From: Raillietiella orientalis
Lineage: Eukaryota
Assembly (NCBI GenBank): GCA_036172245.1
Contig: JAYWIR010000004.1
Location: 5,084,001-5,148,000 of the forward strand
Direction: 5' to 3'
Length of the DNA: 64,000 nucleotides
A model generated the notes under the pieces. That model made no database searches and had not been told where the DNA came from. It saw only the letters and a list, made by a program, of their open reading frames with translations. Of this stretch, positions 25,201 through 40,100 are shown one piece after another. Both the position numbers and the translations under genes were made by a program. The number at the start of each line of letters is the position of its first letter. Within the stretch, counting starts at the first letter, position 1.

Positions 25201-28200
25201 AAGGAAAAATCAGTTCACCTGAGAATCGAATAAGGCAAGTTCATCACTAGTACTTCACACTGGGCTACCCTTGTACTTCACGTTACATGCTACATTTCTT
25301 CTGAGGGGACACCTCAAGCAAAACACGCGATACTTCTTAGGGAATGAACACGTAAAAACACGGAGGACGGACCATGATAGTCTGTTTCCACGCTCGCCGA
25401 TGCTGGATCAACGTTTTTTTTTTTTTTTTTCCCAAGGAAGAAAGACGCAAATTCACGGAGCAAAAATGCAAACGCACATAGGTGCAGCAAGACAGCCCCG
25501 ATAACACCCTGCTTCGCGGTTATGACCCCTGCCCAACGCAAACGAGGATCACAAACCACACGAACCCTTAGGGTCGGTGGTTCGCTCCTGCATAGGTCAA
25601 TTTGCGAGGTCGCATTCATTCCATGGTTACGTGATGCATTCCCATACCTGATTTACGTACGGTGCACGTGATGTTTAGGAAAGCGCAAAAAACAAGCTCA
25701 AAGCTCTCGATGAACTTCATTTTTTTGAGTGCACGACGCAAGGCACCTGGAAGTGCTACTGCCGAGACACTTATATCTTCCAGAAGAAGCAAACAAGATC
25801 CATGACTGCTGCTGCCTGGCGTGTGCGACGCAGCGAGAAGGTCCGCAGAGGGGGAGCTGCGCTCGCTCGTTCTCGCAGCACGGGCTTTCCGCCTTTTGGC
25901 TCAATGCAGCCGAACGAATTTCCACTCGGGCAAGACTCGCACAACCCTTTCGCCCGGGCGTGAGGCTCGCTCTCCGTCGGACGAAGAGCCAGGCGGCACC
26001 GAGACAGCAAACTGCTGAATTACTGCTTTTGGTTCCCCTTGCAGTGATTACGGAGCAGACCTGATACAACGGAACAACAACTCATGCTTCGGGCTGCCGC
26101 AACATGACCATCTCACGGAGAGTGGACGGGACGAGTATCCATGCAACCACTGAGCACGCCAACACGGGGAACCTAGCTACTCCTGAACTCAGGTACGATC
26201 ACGGTTCCGACGAAGGTTTTGTCGCCCATCCCTCCTTCCCGCTCGTAACGTGATCGATCATCAATTCGAGGTCCACCGCCATAGTCTCTGAATGACAAGG
26301 CGTCTGCGCTCTCGAAACAGTCTGCCCTCTACGACAGTTGCTCTTCTGTCTACCCTCGGGCGAACGAATGGGTCGTGCACTGCACACGATAAAGAGAAAA
26401 CGAGGTGGGCGCAAGAATGAAAGACATAGACGGAAAAAAAAAAAGAAAAAAGGCAGTCATCATCACCCCCTTCCCCTCTTCTCCATACAAGACAGCTGCT
26501 TATGAGAACCCCCCCATCCCCACCCCTCAGAGAGGAGGAACATGACGGCGTCCTCCTCACACACGGAGAGGAGGAGGGGAAAAACGAAAATGCAGTTCTT
26601 TATTCACACAACACATCCCAGTCCCGAGGACGTACACTCGCTGTCTCGAGCTGACGCAGTCTCGTAGTAGTCGAAGGCATGGACAGAGAATAAGGGAGTG
26701 TTTGGAGCAGACGACAGAGAAACACGGAGTTATCGGGCTGGAGGCGCGCATGCTTGAAAATAAATAAATAAGTGCGGGATTCGAAGAACTCCGCTGGGAA
26801 AAACAGAAGAGAGGGAAAAAGGGGGACATGAAGAAGGCGAACTGCTGACGCGGTTTCATCGCTGAGAAAGAGTGCTAATGGGGGTGGGATTGGTGGTCCG
26901 GGGACACAGGCCGAACAAAGCACCGCTGCGCCCTCGGACTACGGGCGGAGCATGAGGGAAAGAACTGGGTATTGCCGGTCGCTGTCGCCGATGATGAAGC
27001 AAACGGCAGCTGAAGATTTCGGTATCTTCCGCCATGCTCGGCTGCACTGCTTCTCGTTCGAAACCCTTCCGCCGTTTAGAAGCAGCGACGACAACGGTAA
27101 TGGGGAGCAGACAAACGGGAACGAATCCCTGTAACCAAGAGATCGCTGGGCCTCCGCGCTCGCCGAAAGCCGGGAAAAGCTGTGCCACCGGTGGGAGAAA
27201 CGCACGTCTTCTCTTACCGTTCCTCCATTCCCGTTGGCAGGAAACACTGGAAACGAGCTTGAAACCGAGCAGGCACGCGCGGCAGCCCCGCGAGCGCGAG
27301 TCTTCTTCCTCCTTCCCCATAAGTGCCGAAACCGCAGCACATGATCGGACGCGTACGTATCGAAGTAAAAAGGAAAAGAGAAAGAGAGAGAGAGAAAACA
27401 AAGGAAAACAACAAACAAACAACAAGGAGAACAAAAAAAAAAACTAGCGGGTCAAACAACCAAATCGCTCCACCTTTCCAACGCTCGGTCGGAAGGTATT
27501 TGGGACCTAATCATGAGTTACGACCTGGTAAGGATTCAGCCTTCAGGAAGGCACGAGTTGAGAAAGGGAGACGGGGAGGGGAGGAAGGACACGAATGCCA
27601 GCATTCGAATATTCCAAAAATGCGAGCCAGATATTACGGGTGGGGGAAGCAATATTAGTTAAACAAAGAAAACGTGGTATCACACGCGCGCACGCGGAAA
27701 AATAAATGAAGAAAAGAATAAATAAATAAAACAAAAAGGGGAGGAAATACGTTGAGGCGTTTCTTGGAGCTGGAGAGCTTTTCGGGGCATCGGGAAACTG
27801 CGGCAAATGCACGAAACTCGCGCAGTGTGAACGAAAAGAACTACAACACAAACAAACACAAAAGGGAATTTGTTCGCCAAGTGTTTGAAACACTGGAAAC
27901 TCAGCAAGATTTCTTCAACGAAACCGAAATTCTTTAGCTGGAGTTACCAACGCGCGACGGAGCGGCCGTCGGGTCTTTCGAGGGCAAGAAACAGCGGCGC
28001 GATAGTACCTTTTCGCCAGAAAGCTTTCTTTTCTTATGTTTGCAAGAAATCTCGGAGGAGGAAGCGCTCCTCCCAAAGCAAACATCTTCGTGCGCTGCTT
28101 CATAGATCCCAAATGTTTTGGGAGAGCAAGAAAAAATCACCCCCAATGGCATATACGAACACCCTGCAATTAACAAGAATGCCATCAGCTGCAAGATAAT

Positions 28201-31200
28201 AACAGTGGTCTTAAGAATACCATTCCTGTTTGCTTCTCAAAGACAATCCCCCTACCCCCCTCCCAACCGTCCCACTTCTTGCAAGGAAAAGACTGTTTCA
28301 CAAATCTCTGCAAGAAATAAAACTGGAAATAAGCAGCAGCACAGCTACACAGAGGAGCAGAAAAAGCAATCGACGTCCAAGAACTGAACATCACACCCTG
28401 GTAAAACAGAATGGAAGAAAAGCGTCCTGTTCCCGACTACCCGTTCCAATAAGGAAACATAAACAAAAGGGTAACAACGAATTCCTCGTCGACAATCTTT
28501 GAGGAACAAACTCTCCCGCGTTCCGAATGCCGCACTCTCCACTCTACATCCCTTGTATTCCGAGCCGGAGGTCTTGATGCCCGTCTTGATTCCACCAGCA
28601 TGGGTGGGAGCCTCAGGCAATGGGATTCGCTTCTGTTCAACGGCCGCGTTGGCACTATGTCCTCCAAGTGTGCGCGTACACTGCGGACTCGAGAACACTG
28701 TGGCACTGCTGACCCGACGTGTCCATGTTACTAGGCTGTTTCCGTCACGGTAAGGACATGACAGGACAACGCAGCACGCTGGGAAATGGGGAAAACAAAA
28801 ACCACACGGGGAAAAGTGCATGCAGCCAGGGAGTTGAATAAGTCTGTAGTGAGTACAGGAACGAAAGCAAAGAGTAAGCAAAGGCAGAAATTAGGAAATT
28901 TGAAATGGCAATACCGCAAAACACTCACATTCGTGTTCTTCAACAAAGCCTTGGTCCACAAGAAGAATATCCGCTGGGAAACCGATTGCTCAATGGAACA
29001 GTGCATCGTCAACCATTGTGATTGATGCTTTCTGATTTAGACTGGAATGTACGCGGCTCACTACGCTGGTGATTCAGTTAAACCTTTTGTGTTTTGAGCA
29101 ATAAAAACAGTTTGCAGTGAACACTTATGAAACCCCATATAGAAAGTCATTTCTATTTTCAAGTCATCTGTTTTTCTGTACAAAGAAATGAGTTGGCAGC
29201 TGAAAACACTGGGTGAGGTAAAAGCAGGAGGGGAGAGGGATATGAGGGGAGAAAAAAGGAGAGCTACGAGCTAGCTTTTTTCTTCTTCTTCTTTTTTTAT
29301 TTTTAAAAAAAGGCTAGAAAGGATAAACCTGGGTCATCACTTGGGTTTCCAAATTATTCCTAATTATTATCACTGTTTATCTATTAGATGAGCGACCCCG
29401 CAAATCTCTTGGGTGCCAACAAAAAACCCTATACATGAAAATTTCCCGCGCGAGCACAAAATCGATTTCGGGACTTTCGTGTTCAGAGTCGTGTGCTAAC
29501 TACCCACTGGAAAACACTGCTTGAAGGCTCAACGTCTCTACACCCTACGTAACATGGCAACCTCCGACAGAATCGCCACCAAAACGACGGATTCTCTCCT
29601 CCGTTCTCAGGCAGACGCAGCATCCAGGGGCGTTCTCAGAGCAACAATCGGAAGCTGCCCTGGCAACGGTGGGTGGTTTCATCCGTTTCCCTTCCGCTTC
29701 TGTTGCACTCGGGGTCAGTGGGCTTTCCCTGCTCCGACCTCACAAACACACGAAAAGTTTTGCTTTTTATTTCCGTATGTCCTCACGCATCTTCCCTTTA
29801 AATCCGTAAGCTTTTCTTCCCCCCCCCCCCCCTTTCCCAACATATACAAAAACATGTGGCCATTTTACCGTTAGATGGTTTATGGCAAGGGTGCCTATTT
29901 GCTGACTTCTTTCAGCGGTTTCCATTCTTAATTTCAAGTTTCTTCAAAATTTGGACGCGTTACATCTCTCAAAATAAGAGCAGGAAGAACATGGCTTCGT
30001 GCAAGATGAAGAACAACGCCCAGCAACTGAATAATAATACAAGAAATTGAACTTCAGTCGTATCATATGATTAGTCTTCTTAAAGAACCTTCCCGTTTGC
30101 AGTAATGACGCTTGCTTCACTAGTACCAATTCCAGCCAGAAGCTTTTCGATTAATAAATGGAAAGCAGATGCGAATGGAGAGAAAATTGAAGCACGAAGA
30201 GTGAGCAAAGCAAGAAAACGAGAAGCAGAAGAAGTGAAAAAAGAAAAAAAAAAAGGAAGTCTGGGTAAAGTGAATTTTTATACGGGATTCGAAACAGTCG
30301 AAAAAGAGCAATAGAATAAAGACGGAACCAGAATAAAGAACGAAGGCCAGAAAGACAGGAGCAGTTCCTATTATCAAGGCTAGAATTTATGGCAGTGCAT
30401 CCATTACAGGAACGAAGACATCCTCTTCACAGCAGATTCCAAAGATGCAAGCGGGCGTTCAAGGATGTAGAAGCATTTTTTTTTTTTATTTTAGGAAAAT
30501 CAACGTAGGGAGATTGCTATACCAGTAACACGAAAATAAACGAACATGACGAGTTACGTGGGAGATGCAAAACTAAGATTTGCATATCGCTTTTCGCGTA
30601 AGTCCTTCAGCATATCCTTCTGACAAATGAGATCCATCTATCCTATCGAGGTGTATTTTTTTTTTTTCCTAAAAAAAAGGTAAGCAAATATGGACTTGAA
30701 GCACACCGTGCTTTCACGAATGTGAATTGCTTCCAGTCAACTTCGATAAAACGCTCCTGCAGAATCGAATTAAGGGACTGAGCTGCACTGCACAGTCGTA
30801 TTTACAAAGCGAAGGTTCCAGAAACTCCAGCACGCAAAACCGAAGAAACAAGTGTGATTCTGAGACAAATAGAAGCTGCTTCAAAAGTAATTGCTCTAAA
30901 ATAGCAATAAACGACTCTACAGAAGCTCGAGGGGTCGAGGCTCCGGAAGGCAACTGAAAAACACAGTGTCAAAAGAGTGCTTTGCATTTTCAATTGAGTT
31001 CAAATCTTCTAAGATGCTTGCGGAACTGTTGCCTGAACAAACCCAAAAGTTGTTTGCAGTTTCTCAGGAGGGAATTGCTTCGAAAGATTCACCTGGAATT
31101 TGCTTTTTGCAAATTTAAAATGCAGCTTTACAAAATGGTTAAGGGCCAGTCCCCCCATGCCTGTGAGTAAAACTAATAAATCATCCATGTGGATGTGCAC

Positions 31201-34200
31201 CGGATGGCAGGCAGTGTTATCAAGCGTTCGCTCTCGAAACGTGGAAAAGCTCCTGCAAAAACTTTATAATTTTTTCCTTTGGGTGGGGGGGGGGAAGGAA
31301 AAGAAAAAAATGTTCACGGACACACTTTTTTTTTTTTTTTTTTGGGGGGGGGAGTAGACGCAACTCCTAACAGAATTCCATTTACACAGGCTACCTCGTC
31401 TACATTTAACCTTGGTGCAACGCTAAAACCAGGATCGTAGTGTCAAATCAAGGTTAATGGAGCTACACAGATTTCTGGAATTAACGCTATTCGGCGAAAC
31501 AGTAGGTTCCCTGAGCTGACTGGAGTTTGTCTGGAAACCTGCATTCCTCAGCAGCATTCTGGTTCGCCAGGCGTGCCAACACACGAACTTTCTTCCCCAG
31601 ACTATACCTGTTTCTGGTATTGCTGCTGTAGATTCTTTACAACGTGAAAGCAGCCGCACACTCGCACTCACAAAGCCGCTTGCTTACAACCTGGAACACC
31701 ACGTAACGTGCGAGCAGCACGGCACTCAAACATAATGCATCGCTTTCGGTGACAGCCTGCAGAGAGTGTTTCCGTCCGAACGTGCAGCTTCGCGTCTTGA
31801 AAATATTGTATCATTTATATTGCTATAATCTTTTCTATTTTGACGCCATCCACCGTCGAGGAGCTTTCTGTTGTCTTTTTTTCCACCTGAAGGAAACCCA
31901 ACAAACGTGTGGTGTGAAGATGCTGGGGGGAAGCCACGCGGCCCCCGCTAGACGAACCCGACACGACCAACGCAGTCTTTTCTCTTTGGGAGCGACACCG
32001 ACGCGAACGATCCAAGCCTCTGGAGTGTTCGCTTGTGCAACACGGACGCTCACCGTGATGTTCCCGAACAGGCACCCGCGGAAACAGTTCGGATTCTCGC
32101 GCTGAGGGTAGCGGCGAGCTGTGGGAGCACGGCACCGGCTCCAGCATTATGCGGTGGAACAAATGGCCTACCTATCTCCCGTGATGTCATAGTTCGGCGA
32201 GCGAGAATCCTTTTCAAGTTTTCGCTCCCGGCCGAGTAGGGTGCAATGCTCAGCGTTTCGCAATCGCCGGCTCGGAATCAGGTGAGGATGTGGACTGATG
32301 CACCGCGCGAAACACGTCGGGGGGAAGAACCCACACCAACGCTGGGGCACAACGCGGAGTATTCACGCTGCATTCGGGAACGAGAAGCGCGAGCAGGCCC
32401 TCGAGGGCAGATCCGGTTCTCGGACAAGAGGGGGGAAAAAACCTGGGACCAATTGGTGGAAGACGGAGAAGAGGAGGAGGCCATCTGAACGACGGGCTCG
32501 TGACAAGATTTCTGAAGGCTTGAGGGAACTGTCAGTTGCCTCATTACCTCGTAGTGGTCGATGGGAGCCGGTACAGGGTGCACGCGTGCATCCCTCTGAA
32601 AAGACCCACGAGGCTTTTTCGATTTTAGATTGAAACCTCCGCTCATCGACTTGCACTCCCACCCCGTACTTAAGACAGGATTCATAAATTCGCCATCTGG
32701 GCCGGGTGAACAGATTGGATTTTTCTTGCAAACCGCGCCTGCACGGCCCTTCATTCGGATTGCAGCTCCCACACACTCTCCTGGATTCCTTCCACCGACT
32801 GATACACTTCTTTGAAACCCTGATGTTCTGAAATGAGATGGACCTACAACGCACACAAAAACGAGCCTCATTCTGCTGCCTCTAATAAATCCGACCCCAA
32901 CTCGCTAGGTGCTGTTTGCCGAAAGCATGAAATCTTTCTTCCTGCTTGATTTCATGGAACCAGAATTGCCATCACTCCTACGTTTAGAAGAGGAAAAAAC
33001 TTCTTCTCTTGCGTCCTCGGGTTCCAGCTTTTTTGTCTGAAGCAACCGCTCCTTGTCCACGACTTCTCTCACCTGCAGGGTCTCAAATCTATTCCTCATT
33101 TACGGTGTGCACAGTTTGTTGATCTCCAAAGTTCTTCATCGTGGCAGTCAGTCAGAGGTATCACGTGAGCACCCTTCATGATGCGGATGACGAAAGCGAA
33201 GCTCACTCGTCCCGTAGCGCATCGCACCGACTTTTAATGGACGACACATTAAATCGACCTCGCTGAAAACTGGTCCGAGACTAATCTCTCGATAGTTTCT
33301 TTTTGTATGGATGATCGGCACCAACATCCGTGACCTTGAAAGTGGTCTCCAGCAAGCACTCCGCTCGGAAATCATTCGTCTCAATCTCTTGAGTACAATG
33401 CCACCTAACTTTTTTTTTGTTGAACTCTTTTTTTGTTGATACGTTTTCCGCTTTAAAACTCTTCCTCCGCCCCCTCTCCAAACTTTTTGATGAATCCATT
33501 CAAGGCTGCAGCCTTCGATTGTATCTTTTCCTCCAAATAGGAAACGCCGGGTAGTCTGTCCGTAACATGGACGTTTTCTGGTTACTGACCAAATTTCTTT
33601 GGAATTATGCACGTGCAACCCGCTTAATGAGAGCGCCCGAGGTTCTGACAGACAACCACATCAGCACCCTCAGATATCCCTTTTTGGTGTCTCTGTCTAC
33701 AAGTTGCTCCTACTGCCGCACACTCGAAGGCAAGACGTCAGCTTCCACAGGACCGCCGCGGAGGACGTACCTCTAGCACGGCACGGATTGATTTCCCAAT
33801 CGAATGCAGATATCCTTCTGCATGCTTCCATTTCCCCAACCGGAATCTGTGATTCCAAAATGAAAAACCCTTTTTGCCACGGCTTCAGAGCAGCAACCCT
33901 TTGGATGCGCACACCAAAAGCGGAAAAGGCACGCTTATCGGTCTTTTCCGGAGCTGCAGGCTCCTCTTTCCGATCATGAAATTTATGGCGCCTTATTCAT
34001 GCCTGAAAACCTGCTGCCCTCCCCCTCAGTACCGACGAGTCCCATGAAGCTTTGATTATACTCTGACAGAACACTTCCACCGGTAGGATCTGTGTGGAAC
34101 TGTGCAGCGAGATGCACACGCCTTCTATTTCAGCGCCAAAGTGCTGCATAAACAAAACATCGCACGTACACATTTCACGTTACGTCACGGAGGTGATCTG

Positions 34201-37083
34201 CCAGAACGGAGAAAACGCAAACGCGAGCTTTCATACGTTTCAGAATAATGACCATCCCTTGGAAAAATCAATTTCAGCTCGTGTTCTGCAAATGGCAGAG
34301 GAAGCTGGATCATCCATTTCCGGAATGTGGCTTTTATATAGTTCCGTCTCTTCCTGAGCTGCAAAACGCAATTAAAACACAATTCGGCGAATCATCGAAC
34401 GCAGATCACGAAACGGAAGACACCGAGCTACACCGCGCGGCGCAACTGCTACATGGAGGGCGCTTTCCCTCATCCACAGGTGACAGCACTTCGGGCAAAC
34501 AGTTTTCCAATTCGGAGGACGGAACAAAAGACCCCGCAAGCAGTCATTCCCCCTCCAACATCAGAAACATTCATCGACTTGGAAAAGTGGATTCCGATTT
34601 CATGCAACCAGAAATGAAATATTCGAAGCCACTGCCAGTGCATTTAATACTGCACGTTGATACAGAAGCGGGAACATCCGAGTAGCTGGTGACCAAAATT
34701 TCGTTTACAAGTTCCTGTATTTACGAAGACAAATGAGCCGCATCCTCGAGACGGAAAAGGAGACATGGAATTGGATAGGGCACTTGAAAACAGGGCAAAG
34801 ACGAAAGCAAGAAAAAAACAAGAACAGAAATTTTCGAAATCAGCTCAGCTCAGTTTGGAACAAGAGTACTGTCACCATCACTGTAACAAAGTGGAGCTTT
34901 GACACGCCTAACTAACGTAAAAGCACACTGCTTGCATCTGTGAGGACACACTGAGAAGGCTCCGAAATGCCGGTGTCCCCGAATTCATAGCTTCCATTCA
35001 CTCTACTGGAAGAAAAAAAAATTCACGCTCCGTTTTAAGAATGCACTCCTTTTATGGAAACTTCTAGCAATCCAACAAATGTTGCACATTTCGGAATGCC
35101 AAGTACGGCGAAGTGTGCAACTTTGCAGGCGGTTCCGCGTCGCTTCTACATTAATGTGCAACTCTGCAGCCATTGTGTAAATTATTCCGCAGTTGATGAT
35201 GATCTTGAAATGGAAAAAGGCGAAAATAGGCGCATCTTATTCATTCTGCAAAATACTTCAGTTCGTGAAACACAAAAAACTCATCACGTTCTCTGTATCA
35301 ACGATCCAGGGTGCACCTCCGTTCCATGGATGGTGCACCCTTTGCAAAAGGACGTGCTTGATGTGGTGTGCCCATTTTCTTAGACTCCACCATCACGAAA
35401 ACTTGCTTGAACACGTACTAGCAAATTAGAATCCTGTAGCTGCTCTGGCTACATTCTGGTATTCACGATCGCAAGCACTTGGATTCATTCATAAATGCGG
35501 TGCATTGCTTAAAAATCCATTTCAAAAAATAAATAAATAAATCCTGAAGATCAAGCTTCTCCGGCAAGCAAGTACCACATCATACATGAAATTAAACGTG
35601 ATTCTACCTGTAACGCAATGTGACACTTTTCTAGACCTCCGACATGCCGATTCCGCTCGTAAAGCACGCTTTTGTGAACCCTGTATGCCCTGATCACATG
35701 TGAATGCTTTGAAAAAAGGAGTGAGAAGTGGACGAGAGTCACAAAGGTAAACAAAACAAGCAGTGGTGCGCTTATCTCATGTCACACTGAGAAACGAAAA
35801 CAAATTCCACTGAAGTGGTGTGTAATACAACCGAGCATTGGATGGGTGGCTACGAAAGAGGATCACGCAACAACTCCCAGGAAAGAGGACGCAAAGCCAC
35901 GTTATGAATTCATTTAAAGGCAATAAGGACACGAAGCAAGGAGGGATTCGAAGTTTCAACAGAACCATCATGGGCTAAGTAAGAACACGCATGTTTTCAA
36001 ATCAGACGCAGGCATGATAGAAGAAGGTGGTACGCCAAGCGAAGTACTGCATACACGGAAACGTACGCACTGGTCGGTGCAGAACGTACATGTTATGTGG
36101 ATGCGGACATGTGAAAAATATGAATACGTAGTATATGGAGAAGCGAAGAAAGGAAGAAATTGCATCGTATCCATGGTATGCTGTACGGCAGAGAGAATGA
36201 AAGCGAAGTTGCGGTCCCGCAGATTTATCATGTCCACTCGTACGACGATTCTTATCCACCTAACGAAAAGTATCCCCCACTTCGACATGGAATACTCCAA
36301 ACGCTACTTATTCTTTTCAGATAGAAGATCACTCGCAAAAACGAAACCAAAAAGGGAGCACAAATTAAGCTAAAGAGAGTCCCCAGGCATCTATCATCTA
36401 TCTTGGTTCACCAAGGCGACCTTGGGATCAATTTCCTTTTCTGAGCGTCTTCCGGAATGGGCAGAGTTCAACAAGTGATGCTGCCATGCAACTGTTACAT
36501 GAGGTATACCACAACGCAATGGAAAACTGAATCCAACTTCCGGATATTCTTTTCTATGCAATCATTATTGTAACAGATATTATTATCTCGCTCTCCTCTC
36601 GCCCTTATGCCCGATAGCAACAACGAAAGGCTCAAGTACAGTGTCATCATCCATCATCTTCACAGTGTTATACCGAGCGCTAAATAAACACTAGGCACTC
36701 AGTTCATTAAACAGCAATTAGTTGACGAAATACTCGTGTTTTGCATTACACGTCCTTACGTTTCGACTGCCCACAAAATCAAAGAGGCAGTGTGTGGTAT
36801 TACGTAAGAACAGCTACCTATCGTTGAAACCACCTAATCTAATCGTCCTCTGTGCAACGCCTTTGTTGTTGTTGTTTTTCTGGCAGACGCATTGGGCAGA
36901 TCTTGGTGTGTTCTGCACTTTGTAATCTATGGGAATCTTTTTTTTTCCACGTTGTGTTTTCCTCTGCTTTTACCTCATATGGAAATTCTTGTAGATCCCC
37001 CACGTAAAATACGTTGGCGAAAAAGGGCAAACAAACAAACGATTTAAACCTTTTTTTTTTGTTGTTGTTCACAGCTGTACGTA

Positions 37084-37114
<31 letters not shown>

Positions 37115-40100
37115 TTCATTTTTACAGCATCACCATACAAGAACACGTTCGGCAAATTCTCCCTTCAATGTACAGAGAAAACCGTATGCAGCAGTATAAA
37201 TAATTGCATTTTACAGACAATGGTTACAGCTTGGAAGAGAACACTTCAATGTGTGTACAGCCAAGCCACATAGTTGAAAGGATCAATTTCGCTGTCATAA
37301 ACGAAAAATGCATGAAATCTATTAAAACACACACACACGCAAACAAGAGATGAAAACCTCAAGATCTAAACGGTCACAAAACCCTGGAAGGAATTTTAGT
37401 GCGAAAACCCATTACAGCAATCATGAGGATGGTGGAAAGAAAGAGCAAGCAATCCACACACGGATGGAAAACACGATCGTTCGCACCGCGGCCAGGGATT
37501 ACGCTGCGACTCCATGGAATATCTAGCGCAGCTGCATGCATTGATGGACAGGAATGCAAAGACCTTCCTAATCTCACACGTATATTTTCCTATTTTCCAT
37601 TTGCTCTTCAGCACCACTTCACGTACTACTTCGTGTATTGAAACAACGAGGGGGAGAGTAAACAAAAAAAAACAAACAAAGCAGGCGATGGCAACGTGAT
37701 TGCCGCATGGATTCAACGTGACGTTACGCAGGAAACAACTAGACCCGGTTTACATGGAAACGGTTTCTTTTCCCGATAAATCGGAAGGAGGAAAAATTTT
37801 CGAAGGGAAAAAGAAGAAACGAAAGGCAACAGCAGAGTTTTCAGAAAGCTAAGGGGGCTCGAACACGATCTGTTTCACCACCGCTGCTATCTGGGAAAAC
37901 TCATTTATCCAAGAGAGTTCCCTGAAACAAAGAAATGCAAGGTGCTGACGTTATAAACAAATAAAGAAAACGAAGCCATTGCTCCAGAAGCTTGGGAGAG
38001 CAAAAACAATCATCAGATATCAGCTGAAGTTCGCAATGCGCTCCCCAAATGCTGCAAATGTGTCGTTACCCTCACCCTTCGAAAATAAAAAAAGCCTGCA
38101 CTCCTTGTGGGTATTTGCTCTCGCAGAAGTGGCCGTGAGACGCCGAGAAGATGGCATACCAAAGCAAAAACCCATTCCACTCGGCTACGGAAAAAAATGG
38201 CATTTTGAGGAGGTGGGCCCATAAGCAGACGCGCGGCAGAGACGGAAGCATTATCGAGATAAGATTGTGCCACAGAGCGAAGCTATCGAGCACACGCACC
38301 CAGTCCGCCTACGAAACGGGCGTTTCCTCGACAAGCGGATTCGAGATCAGTGTACTCTCGAAAGGTGCACAGGTGGTGACGGCTGTTCTGCTGAGTACGA
38401 AATTTCTTACAATGTGAATGATCAGACTGGGAGCGATAACGCCAAAAGAGGCAAACAGTCACCCTGTGCTTCCCATCGCAGAAGTGTACCTGAGGAACAT
38501 GAGCTGCGCATGAGTTCCAAGGATGTTAGAAACTAGGTGCACTATTCCTTTCACCTCGCTACTTTTCCCGGACCAAAACAAAAAACAAAAAAAAACGCCT
38601 CACTAAATTGGGAATTATTGGGATGTATTTTTTCCTTTTTTTTTTTTTTGGAAAAGCGGAAGAAATAGAAACCGTAGAAGTCGAGGTGGGGGGGGGGGAC
38701 TGCTAAGGGACACAGGTATTTTCAAGTATCTTGAAATCTATCATACTATTTAGTGCCAACACCTCTTGGCATCCAAGTGTTCCGACACTGCAATCTGTGC
38801 AGTAGGAAAAACAAAAACTACAATCCTGCCACTGCCACCACGGGCATCTCCGAAGTGTCTTGTAGTGTGCACACAGGGTATTTCGGAGATGCGCCGTTAC
38901 AACAGTTTGTGTCCCATGATTAACGCACAGTGGATCACGGTTTGCCTTCCATTTTCCACCAAAAGGCTTTCGGAGAGAACGATCTGGTGGTACAAGTGTA
39001 CACTTCCCTAAGCCACTGCCCTTCCTCAATAGCAGCAAGAAATCGCTCTGAAACCAAAGTGCCAAATCGTTAGGTCTGTTAAACCATCGCGAGGTTCCGC
39101 GTTGCTGTTTTTCCCGCAGCAAACTCCCAACAGGCAACATGCACGCCCCAGGAAAGCTACTGGGTTTCAAGCGCCTACACATACGCACTCATCCTGAGCA
39201 AAACACCAACAACAAAAGGGAAAAACAAATTCCTGCGGCGCACGCAACTTGGCAAGACAAACACAAAAAGGAAGAAAGAAAAACGAGACGATCACACGAA
39301 AATGAAATCTGGAGGCGGCTATCTTCGCAGCTGTTTTTCGAGCCGAGCACTTTTCTGGATAATCGGGAATCTATGAACAAAAAAACCCTCTGTGGGGTGG
39401 CATAACGAGAACGTGCCCCATGTTCGGTGCCGCCAAGCAGCAAAGAGAGAGAGTTCCCCACAGAGGCTAACTTGGCCATCAGCTTGATTCAGCCCCATTC
39501 TGCCGTGGACACGACACTCGGATTGCCACTGACCGTCAACGCAAACCGCTCAACACACAGGATCGGAGAGCCCTAAGAGTCTGGACCATAGGCGAAAATC
39601 GTGATCAATTCGAAAGAAGAAACGGATATTCGTTTGGAAGAAACCCACACGGTAGTGGCAAGGCACAGGTGGACGCAATGGAGCGCGCGAACAGCCATCT
39701 GGAAGCTATCAGTTCCTCAGCAGCAGCTCTGCTGGTCTACTCGAGACACGCTGATCACAGGAAGCAAGCCTAGTGACAGCAATGCTACAACAAGTACCAG
39801 AGAAAGTGCTTGCCATTCTACCCCGTCCCCAACACAACCTTCTTGCAAGCAAACGCGCTTTTCCTCCGATGCATGCGATACACAGACCAAGGATTGTCGA
39901 ACCACACGTGCTGTGAAGCATCCGGAGATGAAATTGGTAACTAAACAGACGGTTCTTTCCAATGGCGAAAATCAGCGAGATTACCAAGAAGAATCAGGCA
40001 TTTTTCGACAACGAATTGCAGGTGGACGTTCGAAAAGAACGGTTCAGCGGAGCAATACAAACGACGGTACAGCCAAGGATCTGCACCCCTAGCGAACGGA

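Noticed and set aside
27218..27320. Alternative first exon for the protogenin-like gene (MGKEEEDSRSRGCRACLLG.., phase-1 donor)
   Set aside because: Phase fits, but there is no convincing hydrophobic signal peptide; 52597-52657 is better.
32900..34620. Twin-priming 5' inversion of a single LINE
   Set aside because: Both orientations contain RT domains 0-2 and beyond, so they are two separate copies.
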